DNA of 64,000 nucleotides from Hemiscyllium ocellatum (Eukaryota), in assembly GCF_020745735.1 (NCBI RefSeq), contig NC_083435.1:43152498-43216497 (forward strand). The letters are read 5' to 3'. Below the pieces are notes generated by a model. The model searched no databases, was not told where the DNA came from, and worked only from the letters and a program-made list of their open reading frames with translations. Both the position numbers and the translations under genes were made by a program. This document shows, piece by piece, positions 50,721 through 61,295 of this stretch. Positions within the stretch are counted from its first letter, which is position 1, and each line of letters opens with the position of its first letter.

Positions 50721-51059
50721 AAATTCTTGCAAAAAGGCATTTTAAAAACCAATAAATCTATCTCTGGGTATGGCAGCTGAATTGCTATGGAGTTGGATTT
50801 AACTATTCAGAGATTGGGAGTTTCAAATCCAACTAAGCAAATTTACATCAACAGATATAGGGCATTTCACCTAATTGGTCCGTGCTGCTTTTTGTGCTTT
50901 ACAGGAGCCTCCTGTCACCGTTGAGAAGACTCAAATGTGTGTTTGAATGCAAAGTTGAAAGTCTTTTTTGTTTTCACCATCTTTCTCAGATAATGGACTG
51001 AAAATACACTCACAAGAGTGACTGGTCAGAGGTGGTATAGCTTTGCCCACCAACATAAA

Positions 51060-51610
51060 GTCATAGAGATGTACAGCACAAAAACAGACCCTTTGGTCTA
51101 ACACGTCCACGCCAACTACACATCCAAATTCAATCTACTCTCATTTGCCAGCACTTGGCCTATATCTTTCTAAATTTGTCCTATTCATACACCCAGTCAC
51201 ATGTTTTTTAAATGTTGAAATTGTTCCAGCCTCCACCATTTCCTCTGGCAGCTCATTCCATATATGCACCACCCTTTGATTCAAAAGTTTGCCCCTTAGT
51301 CCCCTTTAAATCTTTCCCCTCTCACCCCAAAACTAGTGTAGTGCTGGACTCCCCCACCTCAGGGAAAAGACCTTGTCTATTTACCCTATTCATGCCCCTC
51401 ATGTTTTTATAAACCTCTATAGTGTCACCCCATAGCCTCTGAGACTCTAATGAAAACAGCCCCAGGCTATTCAGTCTCTCCCTATAGTTCAAATCTTCCA
51501 AACTTGACACTGTCCTTGTGAACCTTTCAAGTTTGACAACCTCCTTCCCATAAGAGGGAGACCAAAGCTGCATACAATATTCCAAAAGTGGCTGAACCAA
51601 TGTCCTATGT
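51060..51610 (-). mobile_element. CR1 3' end
   Basis: RTLVQPLLEYCMQLWSP...LGLFSLE. Confidence 0.8.
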
Positions 51611-52539
51611 CGGCTTGTATTGCTTCCATGGGAACAAGCTGGGACTTGCTGAGTGAGGTGCAGAGTTATAACATCTGAGCACAGGCTGACAGAAGATTTT
51701 CTGACTCTGAAATTATGCACAGAGAGGGAGAAAACCATGGACTGCAGCCTGTGTGGTCAGCAGAGAGGAGAAGATGTCATTTCTGTGCACTGCCATATAG
51801 TATGTCAGAAGGAACATGGTTTCTAGTTGAATAGTTACAATATGACAATCTAAAGACTTTGGAAAATTCATTTTTGGTGGGTCAGAGATTGGTATTGGTA
51901 GATAGTTCAGATTTCTCTGGAAATTCAGAGAAATAGCTTCTGATGGCCACTTACAGTTATGTTTCTGTGAAAAAGAGAAATGTGACCCAGTTGAAAGCTA
52001 ATGGTGACGTTGGATTTGTCCCTGTAAAAATTATGATTCAGCAAACAAATATGATTATGGTAAAGACTGTTGGTCATATTACAAGTTAAAAGGAGTTATC
52101 GTTTCTGTCGTTTAATGTTCACTTGCCAACAAGGTTGTGGTTAGTTAATGTTATTTTAAGTTCATTTACTTACTGAGTACCTGTCAATCGGAAATCCTTC
52201 ACGCATTACCTTTAAGTGGGTCACTGGGAATTCAAATAAATTATCAATGATCAATGTCAAGAGAGACTACAACAGTTTCTCAGTCAATAACCACAAACAA
52301 AATCATCTTGTCATTGCAGTATGTGGGCGTTTGCTGTGATGACATTGGTCACTATTAAAACATTACGACAGTGACCACATTTCAACACCACGCCATTGGT
52401 AGCTGGGACATCCAGTGATTGTGAAAGATTCCACATAAATTCAAGTCTGTCCTTTTCTCTTTTTCGAGAACGTTATGAGAGAAGGTTGTTAGAGATCTTG
52501 AACAGCTTTGAAAAGTACATCGGAAGGGACATAAAATGA

Positions 52540-53690
52540 ACATACTCAATATCCAACACACAGCTCCAGTCAAACAGTTCAGCACAAAGCACCGAGTAAA
52601 CAGCTCTCTCAGCTGGATCTTCTCACACAGCATAAGGGACATTTCCACCCCTGATTACCCACAGGATAGTCAGACTGCCTGAAGATTAGTGTGGATATTA
52701 TGGGATACAATTTGTATAAAAGCTGCTCCTTCACTCACCATCTCCTCACTTGGTTTTCAGTCCCTATAGGAAGTGAACCAGCTCTGGAAGAGGAAGAGGA
52801 GACAATGGGCAGAGTGGGTGGACTCTCTGATTGACGTCTGATTTGGAGATGCCGGTGTTGAACTGGGGTGGACAAAGTTAAAAATCACACAACACCAGGT
52901 TATAGTGTAACAGGTTTATTTAGAAGAACTAGGTTTCGGAGCGCCGTTCCGTCATCAGGTGATTGTGGAGTAAGGTCATGATCACAGAATTGAGAGCCAA
53001 AGGAGTCCAGTGTCATGGCGATGTGATACATTAACCAATGTTGGATCAACTCTTCCATCTTTTATGAATTGGATATGCTGGTTCCAGTTCTTTGATATGT
53101 AAATCCCAGAACATCTTTTAAACTACATTCTCAAGACAGCTCAGCTTTTCTCACAAAAGGTGTGAAGTCTGTCTGTGTCCCGATGTTGAGACAGACTGTC
53201 AAGTCCTGTGCATTGTTTTACAGAGTTTTTCATGGATTCGTCCAGTTTTTGAGCAAAATAAGATGTAATTCTGCAAAACTGCGCGAATCCATGGAAAACT
53301 GTAAAACTATGCAGCGGACTTGTCAATCAGACCCAACATCCGGATCCAGACTTCACACCTTTTGTTCGGAAAACCGAGCTATTTTAAGAATGTAATCTAA
53401 ACAAGTTCTGGGATTTACATATCAAAGAATAGGAACCAGCATGTCCCATTCTAAAAAAATGAAAGAAATAATCTAAAATTGTTTAATGTATCATATCTCC
53501 ATAACACTGGACTCCTTTGGCTATCAATTCCATGATCATAATCTTACTCCACAACCACCTGACGAAGGAGCGGCGCTCCGAAAGCCATTGCTTCCAAATA
53601 AAACTGTTGGATTATAATCTGGTGTTGTGTGATTTTTGACAAATATTTTTGGAGCAGCATGAGTTTCCTGACACTTGGGAAGCCGGTAGA
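52540..53690 (-). repeat. ZNF leader module copy G (micro-exon 52739-52783), interrupted by a fold-back PLE
   Basis: Near-identical to module A over about 290 bp. Confidence 0.8.
52840..53640. mobile_element. About 800-bp fold-back Penelope-like insertion with two degenerate hammerheads
   Basis: 52880-53250 is the reverse complement of about 53285-53638; CTGATGA...GAAA (minus, about 52934-59) and CTGACGA a GGAGC ggc GCTCC GAAA (53559-83). Confidence 0.8.
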
Positions 53691-53869
53691 ATTGAGGTTC
53701 TTCCATATTACTTGACAATAAATTCCCACTTGACTCCCCAAATCAGCCGGTTGCATTGTTAATGTCATCTTTCTGGTCACACTCTTTCATTTCTGTGCCC
53801 ATCCCCACGATATCCCTCTCTTTAGTTCCCCTTCACTTGTCCATTTCTTGATCCTACAACTGCATGTTG

Positions 53870-54400
53870 CTTCTGCTCCTGCAATACGTGAAATTTTATT
53901 CGGATGAGACAATGGCAAGTTTAAATCCCCAACTGATCTGCTGGTCAAAGGTCCCTATTTCCCCCGTCAGTTTCCCAAGTTGCAGGAAACTCGTGTTGCT
54001 CCAGAAATATTTGGATTGACTGTGAGCGACATCAATCAGAGAGCTCGTCCATTCTGCCTATTGTCTCCTCTTCCTCTTCCAGAGCTGGTTCACTTTCTAC
54101 AAGGACTGAAAACCAAGTGAGGAGATGGTGAGTGAAGAAGCAGCTTTTATGTAAATTGTATCCCATGATGTCAACACCAATCTTCAGGCAGCCTGACTAT
54201 CCTGTGGGCAGTCAGGGGTGGAAATGTCCCTTATGCTGTGTGAGAAGATCCAGCTGAGAGAGCTGTTTACTTGATGCTTTGTGTTGGATTGTGATTGATA
54301 TGTTGGATAATGTGTGATTATTGGAAGCATTTCCCTTCTAAAATGCAGGCTGAGTTTTCTTAATGGCTCATTCCTGAATATGAGAAGGTGAGGTGTAATT
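53870..54400 (+). repeat. ZNF leader module copy H (micro-exons 54083-54127 and 54349-54387)
   Basis: ttcctcttccAG|...ggagATG|GTgagt; aatgcAG|gctgag...gagaag|GTgagg. Confidence 0.75.
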
Positions 54401-54656
54401 GCCTGGGGCATGCAGAGTTACAATGAGTTCTTGAAGCCCCTGTTTTTCTGAGCTTAATGCTGGCTTTCATTGTGACCAAGTGAAGAGCTTAGTCAGTGCT
54501 CAGAGGTGAGGTTCTACATTGAAATCAATGTTTAGGGGGAAGGTGAATGGTATCTGATTTGTTGGAGAGAAATGAATAATATATAGTCGTGTTTCCTGGT
54601 CAAGTATTTAGGTTGTTGAACTGAAAACAGCATGTTGGTCTGGAGACTAAAGACGA

Positions 54657-54980
54657 GAAGAAAATGAGGACTGCAGATGCTGGAGATCAGAGTTGCAGGT
54701 CAGGCAGCATCCGAGGAACAGGAGAATCGACATTTCAGGCATAAGATTCCTGATGAAGGGCCTGTGCCTGTACCTGTGTTTTTGTTTTACTGCTGTTTAC
54801 TTATCACTTACTTATTAATGTTACTTAACTGTGATTTGCCTGTATTCCACGCAAGACAAAGCTTTTCATTGTGCTTCGGTACACGTGACAATAAATTCAA
54901 TTCAGTTATGCCCGAAACGTTGATTCGTCTGTTCCTCGAATGCTGCCTGATATGCTGTGCTTTCCCAGCACAACACTCTC
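54657..54980. mobile_element. Penelope-type inverted terminal fragments; hammerhead split by a LINE-tail-like insert
   Basis: CTGATGAAGGG at about 54750 and CCCGAAACGTT at 54911, separated by an insert ending gtgacaataaattcaattca. Confidence 0.6.
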
Positions 54981-55770
54981 TACTGTAGACTAAAGACTAT
55001 TGGTACAAAGTGGAGGTTGACCTCCATTTTAGAATTAAAACCGAAACACCCAAAGAGGAGTACCTTGCCCTAGAATCTGTAAAAAAGAATGTGAAATGTG
55101 GTGTAATCTGCTATTCATTAACTTCTAATGGTTAAATAAAATAAATCCCTGACACTCACTTTAAAACCAACAAGTGACAATTTATTTATCCAACTCTCAG
55201 TGAACAGATTAGCTAAACCATTAGCAGATTGAATAAATCCCTTCCAGCTACTGAGTATTCTTGAATAAAACATGATTGTAATGGTATCTCACTCATATGA
55301 TAATAAATAGAATTTACTCTCTAGAAGTTATAGCCAGGTTAGACATCTTCCAGAGTGTTTTGTGCCTTTGTTGTTTCATTTGTCAGGAATGCCTTCTCTG
55401 TTGATTCTTCTGTCAAGAGTAACCACTAGTTGTGTCTTTGGTACCATTGCTATTCAGGTGGTTCTTTTCCTAATGCATAGATGATGCTGTCCAAGGCAGT
55501 GATTCACTCTCGAGCTGAGGGCAGTTAGCTGTGATGGATGGCAGTTAGCTGCGAGCTGAAAATATGTTGCTGGAAAAGCGCAGCAGGTCAGGCAGCATCC
55601 AAGGAGCAGGAGAGTCGTCTTTTCGGGCATGAGCCCTTCTTCAGGAATTTCTGAATGCTTTCCCCCCCCAGCATTTTACAATTTTATAAACACCAAATTC
55701 TAACCTCCTGCTTCCCAACTCACAATTACTATATCCCAAATTTGCAACACCTCCCCCCTTAACCAGAAAT

Positions 55771-56084
55771 ATTAGATTAGATTCCCTACAGTATGGAAAC
55801 AGACCCTTCGGCCCAACAAGTCTACTCAGACCCTCCAAAGAGTAACCCACCCAGTCCCATTTCCCTCTGACTAATGCACCCAACACTATGGGCAATTTAG
55901 CATGGCCAAATCACCTGAACTGCACATTTTGGACTGTAGGAGGAAACTGGAGCACCCAGAGGTAACCCATATAGACACAGGGAGAATGTGCAAACTCCAC
56001 ACAGACAGTCACCTGAGGCTGAAATCAACCTGGGTCCTGGTGCTGTGAGGCAGCAGTGCTAACCACTGAGCCACCGTGCCGCCC
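55771..56084 (-). mobile_element. Full-length HE1 (V-SINE) element
   Basis: tRNA head gggcggcacggtggctcagtggttagc, V-domain gtgtggagtttgcacattctccc, (ctaat)n tail; aaatat direct repeat. Confidence 0.85.
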
Positions 56085-57184
56085 TAAATATGAACCGTCA
56101 TCATGAAAAGACGGCTTCATTTGTTTTAAAACCTTAACTCCATGATATTACATCACTCCTTAATCTAGAGATACATATTTATTCTAATTCTATATATTAT
56201 ATGTATATACATAGAATTTGTATTAAGTGTGTAACTCCAAATATATGTAAAACATTGAAGACGACTGTACCTATCTTACATAAACATTTTTCTTTTAAAC
56301 GCCCAATAAAGCATCCACGATAATATTTTCATGATAAATACTTGTAACACGAGACTCCAATTAAGTCATCTGGTGCTCTTGTCCTGAAACCTTTCCAGAA
56401 ATGCCACAGAATTGTGATCGGTATACACAATGTCTCTGATTTATTGTTTGCAATGTAATCATTAAAATGTTGTAAGGCCATTATCAAACTCAATAACCCG
56501 TTTTCAATGGTGGATTTTTTTTTCTGGTGGATGTTGATTTTTTTTTTAAAATAACAGATTGGCCTTTCAATTCCACAATTGCCCTCCTGTAACAACACAG
56601 CTCTACACCTACGTCACTTGTTTTGATGGCGATTTTGAAGGGTTTCAAAAACGTTGGCATGGCTAAAACTGGTGTGGTGGTTAACACTGCTTTTAAATTC
56701 TCAAATACTTCCTGGCATTGTTCTGTCCACCGAAATTTCATTTAATTTTTTAACAAATCCATCAACAGTGCCACTATGCTACTAAAGTTTTGTATAAATT
56801 TCCGATAGAATCCACTCAACCCAAAAAAAATCAAAGCACTTCCTTCCTCAATGCCTTGATGGCCATTGTCTTCACGTTTTACGGTGTCATCTGTTCGTAT
56901 CTGATGTTGTGACCTAGAATGTTAGTTCTGCCTTTACAACTGCTGTTTTTGCCAAGCTTATAACCAACTTTGAATTCCATTGTCTCTCAAAGAGCTCTGC
57001 CAATTGCTCCATGTGATTTTTCTATGAATGCTAAAGATCACTAAGTCACCTGTGTAGACGGCACAATTAGTCACTCCTGCAACAACTCTGTTCGTAAGTC
57101 TTTGGAAAGTGGCTGGTGCATTTTTCATTCTGAAGGGCATTGCTTTAAATTGATATTGCAAAAGCAGAAACAAACTTTATGATA

Positions 57185-57995
57185 TGAGTTTAATTTAGAT
57201 AAATGTAAGGTGCTGCATTTTGGGAAAGCAAATCTTAGCAGGACTTATACATCTAATGGTGAGGTCCTAGGGAGTGTTGCTGAACAAAGAGACTTTGGAG
57301 TGCAGGTTCACACCCCCTTGAAAGTGGAGTCGCAGGTCGATAGGATGGTGAAGAAGGCGTTTGGTATGCTTTCCTTTATTGGCCAGAGTATTGAGTACAG
57401 GAGTTGGGAGGTCATGTTGTGGCTGTACAGGGCATTGGTCAGGCCACTGTTGGAATATTGCATGCAATTCTGGTCTCCTTCCTGTTGGAAAGATGTTGTG
57501 AAGCTTGAAAAGGTTCAGAAAAGATTTACAAAGATGTTGCCAGGGTTGGGGGTTTTGAGCTATAAGGAGAAGTTGAATAGGCTCGGGCTGTTTTCCCTGG
57601 AGCGTTGGAGGCTGATGGATGACCTTATAGAGGTTTATAAAATCATGAGGGGAATAGATATAATAAATAGACAATGTCTTTTCCCTGTGGTGGGGGAGTC
57701 CAGAACTAGAGGGCATAGGTTTAGGGTGAGAGCGGAAAGATATGAAAGAGACCTAAGGGGCAACTTTATCACACAGAGGGTGGTATGTGTAGGGAATGAG
57801 CTGCCAGAGGAAATGGTGGAGGCTAGTACAATTGCAACATTTAAAAGGCATCTGGATAGGTGTGTGATTGGAAGCATTTGGAGGGATATGGGCCAGGTGC
57901 TGGCAGGTGGGACTGGATTGGGTTGGGATATCTGGTCGGCATGGCAGAATAAGAGTGAAGGGTCTGTATCTGTGCTATACATCTTTATGGCTCTA
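57185..57995 (+). mobile_element. CR1 3' end inserted in the gypsy RT
   Basis: ORF 57210-58043: LHFGKAN...LVRPLLEYCMQFWSP...RTRGHRFRVR. Confidence 0.9.
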
Positions 57996-60496
57996 AGTGG
58001 ATTGTCTTACTTTTTCAACACAGTCCCCCAGCCTTGGAATTAGGTATATGTCAGATTTGGTCACAGTGTTGACCTTTCGATAATCTACACAGAAGTGTTG
58101 AGTACAATCAGATTTGGGAATCAACATGATAAGTGAACTCCACTTTGTTTAATTTGTCTCTATGATGTCTTCTTGGAACATCGCTCCCACTTCCTTCTGA
58201 ACCTGTGCTGCTTTGAGAGGATTAAACCTCTCGGGTTATTGTTTTATTGAAATAGCATTCCCTCATGTACAATTAATCCTTGAGGACTTCTTCATGATTC
58301 TGAGGCACATCAAAATGCAAATCATCTGGATTTGATTCCTCACTCTGAGCGGCAGTAACAAATATATGTTTCTCTGGTTCCCTTTCCCTGCCATAGTAAT
58401 GTTTCAGTATCTTCACATGACATACCAGATTTTTTTTTCCAGTCTGGATCTTTACCAGATAATTCACCTGACTTAACTTTCTTCTCAATCTGATAGGGAA
58501 CACTAAACCTTGCTTTGAAAGGATCTCCTACCACTGGTAACAGCACCAATACTTTGTCCCTCCGGGCAAACATATAAATTTTAGATTTCTTACCTGCTTC
58601 TTACTTCATTAGGTGCTGTGCCACTTCAAATGTTGCCTAGCTAGTTCACCTATTCAGTTTAATCTTTGTCTCAACTGAGATATATAATCCAACTGTGAGT
58701 TATTGGACTTTGGACCAATCAACTTTTCTTTAATTAATTTCAAAGGCCCTCTGACTTTATGTCTGAAATCAATTCAAATGGAGTAAACTGAGTTGATTCA
58801 TTTTGAGCATCTCTAATAGCAAATAATATAAATGGGATATCTTTATCCCAATTATTTGGGTAATCCTGGCAATAAGCCCTCAAAATGATCTTTAGGATCT
58901 GATGCCACCTTTTCTGTGCTCCCTGGGATTCATGATGATGTGCAGTTGATGGAAAGTGTTTGATGCCTAAACTGTCCGTGACCTTCTTAAATAATTTGGC
59001 AGTAAAATTGGACCCTTGGTCTGACTGAATCTGCCTGGGTAGTCCTTAATGTGTAAAGAAAACAAGCAGCTCCTGCACTATCATGTAATTGCCTCCAGAA
59101 ACAGTTAGCAAATACTGGTTCCCACTTGTGGTTTTCGAGACGGGATCTACATGATATTTATAATGTGTGTAAAAGGTTCTTCAAATACAGGAATTGGCAT
59201 CAAAGGAGCTCATTTTATCACTGCTTTTGACTTTCTTACCATCTGACACATACGATAGGTATGGCAAAATTCAACCACATCTTTACGTAATACATGCCAA
59301 TAATCGTCCAGGCTTCTGTATCTTAGCCCGAATCTTCCTCACTCCTGGATGACCTCCTACAGATAATTCATGTGCTACCTGCAATACTTCCTGTCTGTGA
59401 TCTTTCATCAATAGAATAAGGTGAACTTCCACCCTTTCTCATCTGCGCTGACGTGCCAAGGTCTCCATTGCCACCTTATGATTTTATCCTTAAGGTAATA
59501 GCAATTTGGAATACACTCTGTTTCCTTTCCCAAGGAGGCTTTATGATATAAATCCTTTATTGTCTCATCTTTTTGTTGTAACTCCATTAATCTTTCAGAA
59601 CTAAACTCCTCCCTCCAAGTATTCCACAGATTGCCATTCTTTTGGACAATATTGCGGGAGGAGTGCAAACATATTCATCTCTTACAATTAGAGACAGACT
59701 AGCTTTCTCATCTCTCACCAATCCCCCTGTTGTACCTCAGCAATTTTTGCCTATGCAGATGAAGCCTTTGGAAAGATTAGGCGCTGTCTTACTATCCAGC
59801 CCGTGACTCGGCTGTGCACTCTCCTTCTGCTCCTCAACTTCTGTCGGGATTTCCTTCACTCCCTTTACTAATCCCACTGTTTTTGCCTCTACTACCACAT
59901 CCTTTTTCCTAGTGCCTTTCTTAAACCGCCAGCAGTGTGACTTTGTATGTCCCACCTCATTACAGTGAAAACACACATTCTTTTTCCCAATGCTTTTCTT
60001 AAGCCACTAGCACTGTGACTTTGTGTGTCCTGTTTTATTGCAGTGAAAACACCTGAGGTCTTTCACTTCTTTTCCACCCTCTTGGGTTTCTTTTTCTACA
60101 TGTGACAAACTGTTCCCAGTTTGATCTACTTTTTGTTTTTCATTTGAAGGATCTCCCTGTTTCCCAATTTCTATCCCTCATGTAATGATTTTGATTCTGC
60201 AATAATGCATATTCATTATTCAGTCTCTATATTCAGTCTCTGTAGCTCTTCTTGCTGATGTAATGTTTTCTTCCTCAACATGAGTTCTTATCACTTCTGG
60301 AAATGAGTTTTTAAACTGCTCCAGCAGAATAGTATCTCTCAGAGCCTCATATGTCTGTTCTACCTTTAATGCTGTCATCCAGCTCTTGAAGTTGCTTTGT
60401 TTAAATCTTTCAAACTTGATATAACTTTGAACTGGTTCCTTTCAAACATATTTGAATGCTTCTGGGGCCAATTTGTAGGCAGTCAAAATACCCACA

Positions 60497-61295
60497 AAAA
60501 CAACAGATCTGAGGAATGGGAGCAGTTTAGAACAAAGGAGAACAAATGGATTGAGTAAGAAAGGTAAAATAGAGTATGAATGTAAGTTTGCAGGAACATA
60601 AAAACTGGCTGTAATTGCAGCTAAGCTAAGAGAAAAAAAATTGATGATTACAAATATAGGCCCCTTATTGTCAGGAATAGAGGAATTTATAGTGGGGGAC
60701 AAAAAGTCAGCTAAACAACTAAACATACTTTAATTCTGTGTTCACAAAGGAGGACACAATTAACAGATCAAATACGTTGGGAACAAAGGGTTTAGTGATG
60801 GGGGAAACTGAAGGAAATCAGTATTAGTAGGAAAATAGTGTTGAGGAAATTGAGGGGACTGAAGATCAATAAATCCCCAAGTCTGATAATCTACCTCCCA
60901 GAGTACTTAAGGAAGTGATCGAAAAATAGTGGATGCATTGTTAATCATTATCAAGATTCTATATAGTCTGGAATGCTTCCTATTGATTGAAATGTGGCTA
61001 ATGCAATCCCTCTTTTTCAGAAGGAAAATAGAGAGAAAGCTGGGAATAACAGACCAATCAGCCTGAGGTTGGTAGTGGAGTCACTACTAGAGTCTACTGT
61101 AAAATAATTCATAACTGAGCATTTGAAAAATAGTGGCAGAATGGAATAGAATCTGTATGGAATTACGAAAGGGAAATCATGCTCCACAAATCTACTGGAA
61201 TTCTTCTAAGATGTAACTAGTAGAGTTGATGACAGGGAGCCAGTGGATGTAGTTTATTTCGATTTTTGAAAGGCTATTATCAAAGTCCCACAAAC
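60497..61295 (+). mobile_element. CR1 ORF2 fragment truncating the gypsy gag
   Basis: NIGPLLSGIEEFIVGDK, NRPISL, GKSCSTNLLEFF. Confidence 0.75.

Larger units (their letters stand above)
55102..60495 (-). mobile_element. Gmr1-like Ty3/gypsy LTR retrotransposon (decayed; gag-PR-IN-RT-RH; 3' LTR about 55102-55749; 5' end lost)
   Basis: gag LLEQFKNSFPEVIRTHVEE and CFHCNEVGHTKSHC; PR remnant VRDEKASLSL; IN QIQSDQGSNFT and KARFSVPYQI; RT CVDYRKVN and MPFRMKNAPATFQRL; RH PICYFKKK...ALQHF; PPT aaggggggagg then TGTTG. Left LTR end is tentative. Confidence 0.85.

Noticed and set aside
56010-56084. tRNA gene
   Set aside because: It is the tRNA-derived head of an HE1 SINE, continuing into the V-domain.
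57210-58043. 277-aa host gene
   Set aside because: 5'-truncated CR1 ORF2 C-terminus with a non-ATG start.
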